Assembly: GCA_950097015.1 (NCBI GenBank)
Contig: CATNEN010000038.1
Location: 31,558,001 to 31,622,000 of the forward strand
Origin: Macrostomum hystrix
Taxonomy: Eukaryota; Animalia; Platyhelminthes
DNA: 64,000 bases
Direction of reading: 5' to 3'
Shown here: piece after piece, positions 1 through 10,944 of the stretch
Layout: each line of letters begins with the position of its first letter
Numbering within the stretch: position 1 is the stretch's first letter
The notes under the pieces: generated by a model
Databases searched by the model: none
What the model saw: the letters and a program-made list of their open reading frames with translations, nothing else
What the model was told of the DNA's origin: nothing
Made by a program: the position numbers and the translations under genes

Positions 1-255
1 ACCAGGAGGAGGACCTGAAGCATGTGATGCTGGAATGCCCAGCTCACGCCCAGACCCGCAACCGCGTCCTCGGCCCTAACCCGACGCTGGCCATCCTCTC
101 CGACGACGGCCCCCGTGTCCTGTCCTATCTCCAGGCGATAGGGTCGCTGACCCGACCCCCGGACCTGCCCGGCCAGGAACGTCTAACTATCTAACCTGCT
201 TGGCCATGCCGGGCCACCAGACTTTCCGCTGCAGCCAGTCACACGTCTTCTTCTA
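1..255 (+). mobile_element. 3' end of I-group (RNase H-bearing) LINE ORF2 with CCHC zinc knuckle
   Basis: Reads ..QEEDLKHVMLECPAHAQTRNRVLG..RLTI* (stop 192-194); full context visible at 15000-16012. Confidence 0.8.
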
Positions 256-1210
256 CCCAAGGAGGCCCTGGTGCGCGAGGCCAATGGTCAGCCGCTGCAG
301 CTCAGAGGGGAGCAGCACGCCGGCGTGAACGCTAGGCTCGTGTATCAGGGACCGGAAGCTGTGAGCGGGGGTCGCCGAGCCGCGCTGCCAGTTCCCCGTT
401 GCCAGCGCCTCGATGACGACCTTGAGCACGGATCCCGTTCTGTTGCCTCGCGGATCTTTTCCAACGTTTTCAGACCCTTCGGAGTGGCCGCTTGGACGCC
501 GGCGTTGAGCATCCTCGTGTCCCCGGCCTCGTCTTTGCTCTTGGCCTGGCTCGAGAGCGGGTTCCGGCTCATGGGATCTGCCGGGTTGCCCTCCCCCGTG
601 CCGTAGTGTAGCGTGAAGGTGAAGTGCTGGGTCTGCAGCAGGATGCCTTCCAGGGTGGCGGACGGGAGTCCACCTTGGAGATACCAAGCAGCGGCTTGTG
701 GTCGGTATAGATGTCGAAGTGAGGGCAGCCCTCGGGGTAGAAGGCGAATTTCTGGCAGCCGAACTTGACGCCGTGGGCCTCGCGCTCGATCTGGCTGTAG
801 CGGTGCTCGACATCGCTCAAGGTGCGGCTCGCGAAGGTCACTGGGCGGACCAGCCCACCGGGGTGCCGCTGCTGCAGGATTGCATCGAGCCCCACGGGTG
901 ATGCGTCGACGACGAGCTCGGTTGGCAGCCGCTTGTCGAAGAAGGCCAGAGTGCAGCTCTTTGAAACGCAGTCCTTAGTGGCCTGGAACGCATGCTGCTG
1001 CTCACTGTCCAAGACGAACTCCTGGCCTTTCCGTGTCAGCCGCCGGAGCGGATCGGCTTTGTCGGCGAGCTGCGGCATGAACTTCTCCAGGTCTTTGGCA
1101 AGGCCCAGGAACGAACGGACCTCCTTTACAGACTGGGGGTCCCTGAAGGCTTACAGCTCGGCGGTTTTCTCGCTGAACGGCACGTCCTCTTTCGGCACGA
1201 CGACGATGCG
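256..1210 (-). mobile_element. Ty3/Gypsy pol fragment (RT end + RNase H), degenerate
   Basis: ORF 569-1078: PLRRLTRK..LAFFD..TELVVDASPVGL..FASRTLSDVEHRYSQIEREA..YTDHKPL, typical Ty3 RT-RNase H motifs; frameshifted. Confidence 0.9.
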
Positions 1211-1222
1211 GCTGACCCAGGC

Positions 1223-2240
1223 TGTTGTTGTTGTTGTTGGCGTACGGATCCCTCGCTAGGCATGCAAGGGACAGGTGTCATTCCACCAGCTCTTGGGCTT
1301 CTTGACACTCCCTCGCGGAACGCATCTGGCAGCGGAGAGAAGGCGTCTGCAGAACTCACTGTTGGCGGCCTCTATCGATCCGAAAGCATCAGCTGACCAA
1401 TCACGGAGCTGTTCATCGGCCTTTCCGGCGAATAGCGGCCAGTCCGCACGTTTGAGGTTGTCCTCCTGGGCTCACACGTGTCAGACTTCCGTCGTTTAAG
1501 GTCGTCTAGCTGTGGTTGATCATCAAGTCTTCGAGCTCCTCACCTGTTGCATCTGGATCTCTGAGCTGGTCCCAGCTGCCGTGCGCATTCAGATCACCGA
1601 GCAGTAGCCAGTTGCTTTCTGTTGGCCACATGTCGGTATGCAGCCTGCCGTCCCGCTCGTCTCTTGCTGAAGTGCGGACCGGCGGTCTGTAGACGTTACT
1701 GATGTAGAGAGGGCGCGTCTTGTTTCCGAGGAGCCGGATCGTGAGGTGCTGCAGCGCTGCGGTCTCTGGGACACCAAAAGCCCCCTCGACCACCTCACGG
1801 GCAAGCCCGTGCCTGACAAGGGTGCCCGCCGTGATGGCCCGCTGCCACATCCGAAGGATGCCCCTGCAGCTAAGTCAAGTAGGTCAACCTAATTCGGAGC
1901 GAGGGTGAAGGTACAGTAGCAACACTTGTTGAGACTTAGTTCGATCTTCCAGCGGGAGCACCCGGTGTTCACTGCATCCAGGGCTGGTTGGATGACCTCC
2001 GCGCACTTGGCAAGAGATAATTGAGTGGCCAGAAGCGCCGAATCGTCCGCGAACAGGCTAATCCCGCAGCTGAGAGATGCTGGGAGATGCTTCGATAACG
2101 TCCGTGGCTAAGTCGTTGAAGAAAATAGTCCAGAGGGTCGGGGCCAGCACCCTTGTGGCAGACCCTCCCGGAAAGTGCGTTGGCTGCTCATGGTGCCGTT
2201 CCAGCAAATCGTAGCTCTGCGGTCTTCGAGAAAAGCGGCT
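1223..2240 (-). mobile_element. Rearranged, internally deleted I-group LINE fragment with (CAA)n tail
   Basis: Minus strand: RT pieces (FREGLPQG..LAPTLWTIFFND, SLFADDS, ~1950-2180), AP-endonuclease (NVYRPP..LLLGDLNAH, 1506-1850), linker (RADW, KSWWND) and (CAA)n at 1223-1239. Confidence 0.75.
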
Positions 2241-2580
2241 GTCCAGCTGGTTGTGTGGGCATCGATGTCAGGTCTGGGGGATCAACGTCAAACCCATCAC
2301 GGTGGTCAACGTGTATCGCCCACCGGTCTGGCACGGCGAGGGCGACGGGCGAGATGGGGCCCTCCACACCGACGGTTGGCCAAGGGACGAGGTCCATCTC
2401 TTCCATGGAGATGTCAACGGCCATGGTAGCTGGGACCCTGATCACGATCGACTTTGAGGGGGAGGAGATCGACGAGTGGCTGACTGAGCGCGGGTACGTG
2501 GCACTGAATGACGGCTCCTCGACGAGATTCACCGACGTCTCCCTGTGCCACAGGAAGTGGGCCGCGCGAGCGAGCTGGCA
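2241..2580 (+). mobile_element. I-group LINE AP-endonuclease fragment (5' part of the element continuing at 4481)
   Basis: ITVVNVYRPP..HGDVNGHGSWD..GEEIDEWL..LNDGSSTR..DVSL. Confidence 0.8.
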
Positions 2581-4480
2581 GGTGTGTGTGTGTGTGTGTT
2601 GGTTCGGATCACTTGCTAGGCATACGGGGGGCGCGCCAGCCTCGACGAAGGTCCGCACCCCTTCTGGGTCGTCCTGCAGCGGGGACATAGAGCCGTTGAT
2701 GGCCCCCGGGAGGTGAAGTCGGCGCTCCTCCGCCCACCTGGGACAGTTTAGCAGAAAATGCCGTGTGTCCTCTTCGGGGGCATTGCAGTGCGGGCAGGCT
2801 GCGGTTGGGGCGCGGCCCCAGCGATGCCGGGTGACCTGCAGGAAGAGCGCACGGTTCGCCCGAAGCTGGTACAGCGCCACCTCGGCCGCCCGCGTGATGA
2901 GGGCGCGGACCGCGTGATGAGGGGTCCACGGCCGGTCCACGGCCGGTGCAGGCAGGAGAGCGGAACGCACCCCTCGATGTTCCGAACGCGGCATCCGGCC
3001 TCCTCCAGGGCCGCAAGCGCGGTCTCTCTCCAGCACCCGCAGGTCCCGCCCTCTCTGGCCCGCAGTCTCGTCGTGTTCGGCGGGGCGTCGGTTAGCTTCC
3101 GCAGCGGGTGGCCCTCGCTGAACTGGCGGCACCGCAGGTAGAGCTCGGCCGCCCGCCTCCGGCAAATGATTTCAAGGGGCTGGAGCCCGGCGTGCGCGAT
3201 CAGCGCAGCAGCCCGGGCACCGGGACTGATACCGGTGATGGCCCGGGCCGCGGCGTAATTCGTCGACTCCAACCGCTCCCGGCGGGTGCGGTGCCAGAAA
3301 AGGCCACCACACCTCTGCCGCGTACAGCCCCGCCGGGCGAACGTAGCCGCAGTAGAGCCGACGGAGCGTATCCGCGTCAGTTCCCCACCGGCGGGGAGGC
3401 ACGGCTCGCAGGGCGTTGAGACGGCAGCCAGCGCGCGGCGGGACTGCTAGGCGAAGGTGACCTGGGAGTCAACGGACACCCCCAGGATACGCACATCCTT
3501 CCGGCAGCTGATCGTCTGCCCACCGACCTTGAGCTGAACAGTGTTCCAGAAGGCCTCGGTGTTCTCAACGGGGTGGGTCGAAGTGATGTTGCTGGCACCA
3601 GGTCTCTACCGCGTCCAGCGCCTGTTGGATGTTCTCCGCCGCCGCCGCCGCCGCAGCACCCGCCGAAGTCTTGATGGACAGGTCATCGGCGTATTGCAGC
3701 GGCTTGCAGAGCGGGGTGGCAAACTGGGTTGCGGGACTCCCTCCTTCAGGATCTTGGGGCGGCTCATGCTATCGACCCAGCGCACTCGGGCTCTCCGGTC
3801 CGCCAGAAACGCGCGGATCCAGCGCAGCCACCGTGCCGGGGCGCTCGCTCGAGCCAGTTGCCGCAGCACCCCGAGGCGCCAGGTTCGGTCAAAAGCAGCG
3901 AAGAAGTCTACCGCTGCCACCAGGGTCCTCGTCATCGGCCGCGTCTGCAGGTCGTCAAAGGCCGGCTGGGCCAGCTGCGCCGCGTCAACCGTACTGCGCG
4001 TCCGGGAGCAGGCCGATCTCCTCGGCCCAGGCCGCTAGCCTGCTCTGCACCATCGCTTCCATCGTCTTCCCGACGCAGCCGAGAAGCGAGACAGGTCGGA
4101 AGGATGCCGGGTCGCTCTTGGGCTTGCCCTTCTTGGCAATGGGCGTGATGATGGCCGTAAGCCAGCCCGATGGAACCTTGCCCTCCAACCAGCTCCGGTT
4201 GAGCAGGGAGAGCAGGGCGACCCGACCGATCGACGGGAGGTTTTGCTGAAACGCCGGGAGCACTCCGTCTTGACCCGGCGCCTTCCCCTCGATCTCCCTC
4301 AGAACGACGTCCAGCTCCGCCAGGTGGAACGGGGCGGACCGCAGGTCGTCTGTCTCGTTCTGCAGAGCGCGGTGGACCTCCTTCCTGGCAGCCTGCGGAT
4401 CTGGCTTCGGGACACGGAGACGGCTCGCCTCCGCATAGGTCACCATCGCAATGTCCGCCTTCTCACGGAGTGTTGCGCGT
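2581..4480 (-). mobile_element. 5'-truncated I-group LINE (RT + CCHC, RNase H deleted) with (CA)n tail
   Basis: GKAPGQDG, IITPIAKKGKP..SFRPVSLL..GKTME, VDFFAAFD, EGVPQ, WG..LRRLY..VRP..YAAEVW, CPHCNAPEEDTRHFLLNCP; (CA)n tail at 2581-2600. Confidence 0.85.
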
Positions 4481-5941
4481 CTCAGCCCGGGCCATTCCGA
4501 AGGGGTCGGTGAAGCAGGCGAAACCCTGGTGGAACGGCGACTGCCGGCGGTCCCATTCCGCAATAAGGGACGCCCTCCGCGCCTCACGTGCCGACCCGGG
4601 GAACACCGACAAGGCCGCGCTCTATAACAGCACCTGCCGGGAGACAGAACGGACTTTCTGGCAGGCGAAGGCCTCGGCCTGGCGGGAGTTCGTAGGTAAG
4701 TTGGACGCCAGGACCCCCGACGGCAAGGTCTGGAAGGTCATCCGGGGGCTTGACGTCAAATCCCGGGAGCCTCTGCCAGACGGCCCCCCTCTCCCGGAAA
4801 GGGCGCACGGCCCGGTCCGACAGCGACAAGGCAGAGCTGTCAGCAGCTACCTACGCGGAAGCAAGACGACTGCGGGTGCCCAAGGCCGACCAGCAGGCCG
4901 CCAGGGAGGAGATTCGCCTGGCCATCAAGGCGGATCCGCAGTTCTACCTAGCGGAGTTGCAGGGGGCGCTGAAGGGGGCAGGGCCCCAGGGGACGACGGC
5001 GTCCACCCTAAGGGAGCCCCCTCTCCCCCACTCTTTTCAAGATCGCGGCGGCATCCCTCCCGGCGGCGGTGACTCAGGCGGCGCTGACATCGAAGCCGGT
5101 CTAGTATGCGGACGACCTGACGGTCAGGACCCCGGGCAAGAGCGCGGCGGAAGCGGCGGAAGCGACTCAGCACGCGTTAGATGCGGTGGAGACGTGGTGC
5201 AAGGACCATCACTTTGAGCTGGCCCCCAGAGAAGACGGAGGCCCTGCTGGTCACCACGCACCCGGGCGAGGTCAACAAAGGCTCTGGTCCACCTCAACGT
5301 CGGCGGGCACCAGGTGAGCCTCAGCAAGGACATATCGGGGCTTGGTGTCCTCTGCGACAGCCAGTGGACCTTCGCCGGCTAGGCGCGCAAGGCGGCGTCC
5401 TCGATCCGTCGCCGGCTCATCGCCCTCCGCGCCGTCGCCAATCGCACTTGGGGAGCCGACGCCAGGACCCTGCGGTAACTGTATTGCGGGTAGGTCCGTC
5501 CGGCGGGGCTCTTCGCGGCGGACGTCTGGTGAAGCGTCCTTCTTTGGTGGAGCACCAAATGAACCTGGAACGGCTGAACAACGAGGCCGCACGGATCGTC
5601 ACAGGGGTCGGTCAAGGCGCGAGAGCCCTGCCGGTGACTGTGGATACGAGCCTGGAGTCTTTTGAGACCATCTGCCGTCGCTCAAGAGCAGCCTTGCTCG
5701 TCAAGTGCTTGCAGCTGCCCAAGGAGTATCCGCTAGGCTCCCTGGCCACTCACGCGGAGGTTGCCCCGAGGCTGAAGGCGCGCGGTGGGGGGCAGCGGAC
5801 GAGCTGGGGCGACGAGTCGCGCAGGACCCTGAGGGAGTGCGGGCTGGACGGCGCGCGCGCGGAGGAGCCGGTGCCGGAGACGATGGTGCCGCGGCCGTGG
5901 AGGGAGACTCGAGTCGCCTTCGTATGCACCCCCAACACCAG
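4481..5941 (+). mobile_element. I-group LINE linker/RT fragment (degenerate), interrupted by Harbinger
   Basis: IPKG..KPWWN..AWREF..VWKVIR, GSPLSPTLF, YADDL (5104), WG..LYC..VRP; stops and frameshifts. Confidence 0.8.
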
Positions 5942-6384
5942 GGGCCAATTTCATAAAACACTGCTAACGGTTATTTAGCAACTGCTAAAGGCGGTTTGGT
6001 TTCACGAAGCAGATCTATGTCTATGTGTCAATGTGTCAGAGCACTGAGCTTACTAGAGTACATAATGGTAGGCGAGGGATCAACAGTGAAGCCCGCCCAC
6101 TTCTTCCGAGCAATATTTGTCTATGGCCAAGACCACTTGTGCGGAGTCATGGAACCACTGGTAGGTCAGCAGTTAGCAGCTGCTAAGAAGCAACTGCTAT
6201 TTAGCTGTTGCGGAAAATCGATTTCACGACGAACTGCTAAGTTGGACAGAAACCTTAGCAGCCGGTTAGTGCCATAGACAAACTTAAAAGCGGTAGAGTA
6301 AGGGAGCTCACATAAAGCTAGAAAGAGACAGAACGATTTTTGCCTGCCTCTGCTTGTCTCCACCAAATTTGTTCGCCTACGCAT

Positions 6385-6876
6385 ATGGCGTCCGTGGACC
6401 AGAAGAAGCTGTTCCTGAGTTTGCTGCATGAACGGAAGGCTACAATCTTCGGCAGCTTTAGTGACATCTCTGAAGCAAAAGCCAAAAAGCGAAAGGCATG
6501 GGAATCCATCCGGGCTGAAATGGAGGCAAATGGACTCTGCAAAACAGTTGAGTATTTACGCGATACTCTGTGGAAGAACATCCGCCTGACGAGTCTGAAA
6601 AAAATTGACGCTCGCCGACAAACTGGCGCTGCGGGTGGTGAACAAGCGAGGGAGACGGAAATCGATCGCATGGTCCTGCAGATTGTGGGCAAAGAAAGCC
6701 CGGCTATTCGTGGCCTCGATGTTGAAGAGAGTTCACCAACTAAGCCAATGGAGGTAAGTAGCATCAGCATGGAAGCTGGGAACCAGCAGCAACCCTCGAT
6801 GATGGCTATACTGGAAGTCGGTGAAGCAAATACCCTATCGAGTCAAGGTCCGCGTCTAAATTTACTCTGTCTCTAA
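6385..6876 (+). CDS. Harbinger Myb/SANT-like DNA-binding protein (probably 3'-truncated or spliced at GTAAGT 6754)
   Basis: ATG 6385; KKLFLSLL..IFG..KKRKAWESI..L..LWKNIR..KK..RRQTGAAGG, a Myb/SANT-like pattern typical of Harbinger accessory proteins. Confidence 0.75.
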   Translation: MASVDQKKLFLSLLHERKATIFGSFSDISEAKAKKRKAWESIRAEMEANGLCKTVEYLRDTLWKNIRLTSLKKIDARRQTGAAGGEQARETEIDRMVLQIVGKESPAIRGLDVEESSPTKPMEVSSISMEAGNQQQPSMMAILEVGEANTLSSQGPRLNLLCL

Positions 6877-6940
6877 ATTCTCGTGGTCTTCGTTGGTTAA
6901 GTTGGTAGTCAACGAGGTTAAAGTCATCAAGAAAGTCCAT
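6851..6940 (-). pseudogene. N-terminal stub of Harbinger transposase
   Basis: ATG at 6940 gives MDFLDDFNLVDYQLNQRRPREFRDRVNLDA, resembling the RR..FRDR N-terminal motif of HARBI1-like transposases; DDE core missing. Confidence 0.55.
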
Positions 6941-7956
6941 CTTAGCCTGTTCCGAGGGATGCTCAAATTTAACCGCGAATTCCTAATCTCTTTAGCAGAC
7001 TGCTACTTTCATGAAACCGAAAAAATTTTCTGCTGCTAAATCGGGGGTTCATGCCATAGACACTTCACTGGTAACAGTGGTCTCTCCACTCTCTTCACCC
7101 TCCACTTAGCGCGTGGCCGGTTCGCTACACGGAGGCTAGCACTGATCGACCACGTGCTTCTGCGCTCCCGTGAGCGCCGCCGCGCTGTCAACTGCCGCAC
7201 TATTACGCCGCTGGCTCTGCGATCCGATCATCGGCTACTCATCTGTGACCTCGAGCTACGCGATCCGCTCTACCGTCCGCCAAAGCGCTGCGCATCCACT
7301 GTGTGGCCAGTGAGGTCGCCCGTGTGATGAACCGCGTGCTCTCCGGTGAGGTGGCACCCACTGAGTGGACCATGGCGCACATCATCGCCATTCCAAAGAA
7401 GCCGGGCACTACGCGGCTAGACGAGCACCGAGGCATCTGCCTGCAATCCTGTGCTGCGAAGTTGTTCAACCGGATGCTGCTATCGCGGTTGCAACCCGTG
7501 CTGGATCCCTACCTGCGACCTGAGCAGAACGGGTTTCGGCCCCACCGTGGCACAGTGACGCAGATCCTAGCTCTTCGCCGAATCATCGAGGAGGCGCGCA
7601 CGCGCCAGTTGGACCTGATCGTTGTCTTCATTGACTTCATGAAGGCTTTCGACTCGGTTGCGAGGGCTGCGCTCCCACATGTGCTCCGCGCGTACCATGT
7701 GCCAGAACAGCTGATCTCCGCCATCATGGCGTTGTACTGTGCTACGAGAGCAGCTGTGATGACGCCGGACGGCCTGTCGGACCCCTTCGAGACATCCTCC
7801 GGGGTGCTCCAGGGGGACACTCTAGCGCCGTTCCTGTTCGTCCTGGTGCTTGACTGGGTGCTACGAACTGCTCTTCCTACCGACGAAGACGGCTTCCTAC
7901 TGCGGCGACGCGTGGGTCGACGTCAACCGGAGAAACGGCTCAGCGTGCTTGGCTAC

Positions 7957-9002
7957 TGTAGAGAGTTGTAAAATATGTTTTTACTTAACGCGCTACTTAA
8001 AGTAATGTCACAAGGAAACCTTAGCTATAATGTTTAATCTATTTTTAGGAATGAGTCATGCGCTATTTTTGAAGCAAGTCATGTGACATGAAATCGGAGA
8101 ACTGGTTCTCGACAGCTGTATTTGCTTGAAGCAAACATGACTCATCGGGTTCTGCACCTGTATTTACACAATATTCCGAATATGGTAATGTTCACCTGAA
8201 AAGCCCCCAAAACGCAGCTGATCAAACAAGTCTGACCTCACTGTGCAAACATGTATGCCCAATGTAAACACCCGGTAGTAGAACCGGTTTTTCCCAAAAA
8301 TTTTACTATAAATACAAGCGAAATTCCGAGCTAAAAATTCAGACTCGGAGCGGTCCACCGGACTTCAAAACACCTTACGAAGAAGAGGACTCATCTCTGA
8401 GGGAAAGACAAGTGGTAAGCGCTTTACTAGGCAGAGTTATTTATCGCTAGCGATCTTTGTTGAATTGAACTAAGTTTACGAGAGCCACATATCGTCGATA
8501 CATTTGAGAAAGGCCTCCTTGTTTCCTAGGATACATTCCTAGAGGATTATTGATTGATTTGATTTGAGTTATCCGTTATCTTTCGGAGGTAACGAAGAAG
8601 ACGCCCTCCAGGAGGACCTATTAGAGATATACAAGAGAGATTTCAATTGTTCACTAGGGCGCACGTTTCTATTGTGAATTCCGAGCTCAAGGAAACCGAA
8701 AAGTAATCTGATTCGCTCTCGTCATTTATTGGCCAACAGACAAACTCAAGCAGCTACCAGGAAGACAAAGAAGACAAGACTACAAAGACTCAAGAAGCAA
8801 CAGAACCGATACTTCACGGTCGACCAGCACAAGAAGAAGAACCGCCGGCTATCGAAAACCAAAGACTACAAACAACTCACTATCAAGGAAGAAGAAGAAA
8901 CTGCAGTAAGTGTCACGTGACTGTTATAAATTCCTAGGCAATTGTTCCCCATTGTCTAGAAGTGGGAGTTTCGTGTGTCTGATCAACACGCAAAACTCTT
9001 CA
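7957..9002. mobile_element. Solo LTR (1046 bp, probably Gypsy)
   Basis: TG...CA termini, 4-bp TSD CTAC (7953-7956, 9003-9006), AT-rich; removal restores RTE GYADDL. Confidence 0.85.
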
Positions 9003-9656
9003 CTACGCCGATGACCTCGCCCTGCTGTCCTCGACCGTAGAGGACGCCCAGCGCCAGCTGGATAAGCTGGTTAGCGCTGCAGCGAGCGTCGGCCTGTTGG
9101 TCAACACGAAGAAGACCGTTGTGCTCTGCGTGCCGGGCGACATCGAGGCCGCAATTTTCTGCCGAAGCGCTGACGGGCAGGTAACGGAGCTTCCGCGCTG
9201 TCAACAGTTCGTCTACCTCGGCGGTCTGGTACCTGACGTCCGCGAAGATCTGCGGCGTCGCCGCCGGTACGCTTGGGCTGCCTTTCGTTCTGTGAGGGCG
9301 GTCCTGCAGTCCGAGGCCCTACCTGATCGCCAGAGGGCGGCGCTGTTCCAGGCGGTGGTCGAGACCGTCCTGTTGTACAACGCCAAGACGTGGACGCTGA
9401 CTGATTCGCTAGAACAGCAAGTCAACGCGGCGCACGCTGGCCTGCTGCGTGCCGCCTTTAAGATCAGCGACGAGCGGATCACTAACGCGGCACTCTATCG
9501 TCGCGCCGGCCTGGCCCGTCCGAGTGAACTGCTGCGACTTCGGCGACTCCAGCTTGCAGGCCACATCATCCGCGCCGAGTCCTACTGCCGGCAGCCGGTG
9601 CAGGAGGTGCTGCTGCTAACGCTGCAGGCACCCTACCGGCGCGGCCAGGCCCGAAC

Positions 9657-9703
9657 CAAGGACTACTAAACAACACTAAACTACTGTTGTTTAGTAGTCC
9701 TTG
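9657..9703. mobile_element. 47-bp micro-MITE (hAT- or P-type)
   Basis: Perfect 19-bp TIR CAAGGACTACTAAACAACA, 9-bp spacer, 8-bp TSD GCCCGAAC; removal restores the RTE frame. Confidence 0.85.
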
Positions 9704-9969
9704 GCCCGAACTCGGCGTTTCGTCGACTGCCTGCTGGCCGATGCTGGCGCGCCGGACACTGCCGGCGGTGCGGCCTTTGTTCGCGCCCAGGCTCTGAAGC
9801 GTGCACTGTGACGCTGCCTTTTCCACCTGACAGCGTACTTTGTTGTTGTTGTTGTTGTTCACCCTCCACAGAGCTTTGTGAAAGCCGCCTTACAGCTCAG
9901 CGTGAAATATTCTTACCACAACTGCTAAATAGCAACTGCTAAGTTAGCAGTGTTTCATGAAATCGGCCC

Positions 9970-10500
9970 CAGGAGGGAGGACCCGGCGTCGGCGCGAGGA
10001 GGCCTTGGTGACCTTAAACGGCCTGCGCTCGCGGGACCCTCCACACGTGCAGATCTGGACGGACGGAGCAGCCAAGGACGGCGGCGGGGGCTTCGTGATC
10101 CGGAGGCTGGCCCCCCCGGGGCTGTCATCTGCGGAGCGGTGCCGGCCGGACGGTGGAAGTGGTTCTACGTCAGCAGAAGCTGCGGCGGCAGCTTGGCTTG
10201 AGGTTGAGCCTGAACGACCGGGCCGACGCGCTCGCCAGACAGGGCAGCAGCCTTCCGCAGGACGAGGTCCGCGTACCCGCGGGGGTTATCTGGGCAGCAG
10301 TCCGACAGTATCTAGCCAGGAAGGCCAGGGAGACCTACACTAAGGAGGTCCCGGCGGAGCAACCGCACAGGCAGTGCAGTGGCTTGCCGCTCCCGCTCGA
10401 AAGGCTCGGGCAGCGGGTTACGGAGGTGGCCCTATTCCAGCTCCGGGTCAACCGGGCCCCCTTTCTCCAAGCCACGCAGCATCATTGGTGCCGGAAGGCG
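9970..10500 (+). mobile_element. I-group LINE RNase H / C-terminal fragment (continuation of 4481-5941)
   Basis: QIWTDGAAKDG..AE, NDRADALAR, EVALFQLRVNRAPFLQ. Confidence 0.8.
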
Positions 10501-10944
10501 AGCTACATACACTTGTTGCTAGGCCTAGTCCTAAAAACTACATTTTAGTATAATTATAATATATTATAGCAAAATGTATGTAATAATTATAATATTAATA
10601 TCTTAGTTATTAAAATATTAATATTATAGCCTAGCTAGTAGAAATATATGAAACATTGCTTAGACAAAAGTAGGCACTATGCTGAAGGAAAATGAAGCCT
10701 TATGTTATGTTAGCTGTACAAAGCCTTAGATTATTGATTGATTGTGTTTGCTATACATAATGGTTAAAAAAAGTTTTCCAGCACATTATTGGTAGGCTTA
10801 ATCTAGCTACCTGCTTGATTTTTACCACTAGGTTTAGTAACTATACTAGCATGTTTTGCCCCCCTTCGGGGAGCAGAAATATTTTTAATTCGTCTTGTAT
10901 ATACTTTTTAGCAGCTGTATTTTCAGCTTTTTTAAGCTACAATT

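Larger units (their letters stand above)
7106..9857 (+). mobile_element. 5'-truncated RTE-clade non-LTR retrotransposon
   Basis: EQNGFRP..FIDFMKAFDSV..GVLQGDTLAPFLF..Y|ADDL..LLYNAKTWTLT..RRLQLAGH; (TTG)n tail; 12-bp TSD TTCACCCTCCAC at 7094-7105 and 9858-9869. Confidence 0.92.
5942..9969. mobile_element. PIF/Harbinger DNA transposon, internally deleted, carrying an RTE insertion
   Basis: TIRs GGGCCAATTTCATAAAACACTGCTAAC / GTTAGCAGTGTTTCATGAAATCGGCCC; 3-bp TSD CAG (5939-5941, 9970-9972); Myb-like ORF plus convergent transposase start; host LINE resumes after it. Confidence 0.9.

Noticed and set aside
253-5978. Numerous GC-rich shadow ORFs
   Set aside because: Alternative or antisense frames of degenerate retroelement coding sequence.
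8729-8920. Lys/Arg-rich 63-aa ORF
   Set aside because: A-rich sequence inside the solo LTR, TTG start.
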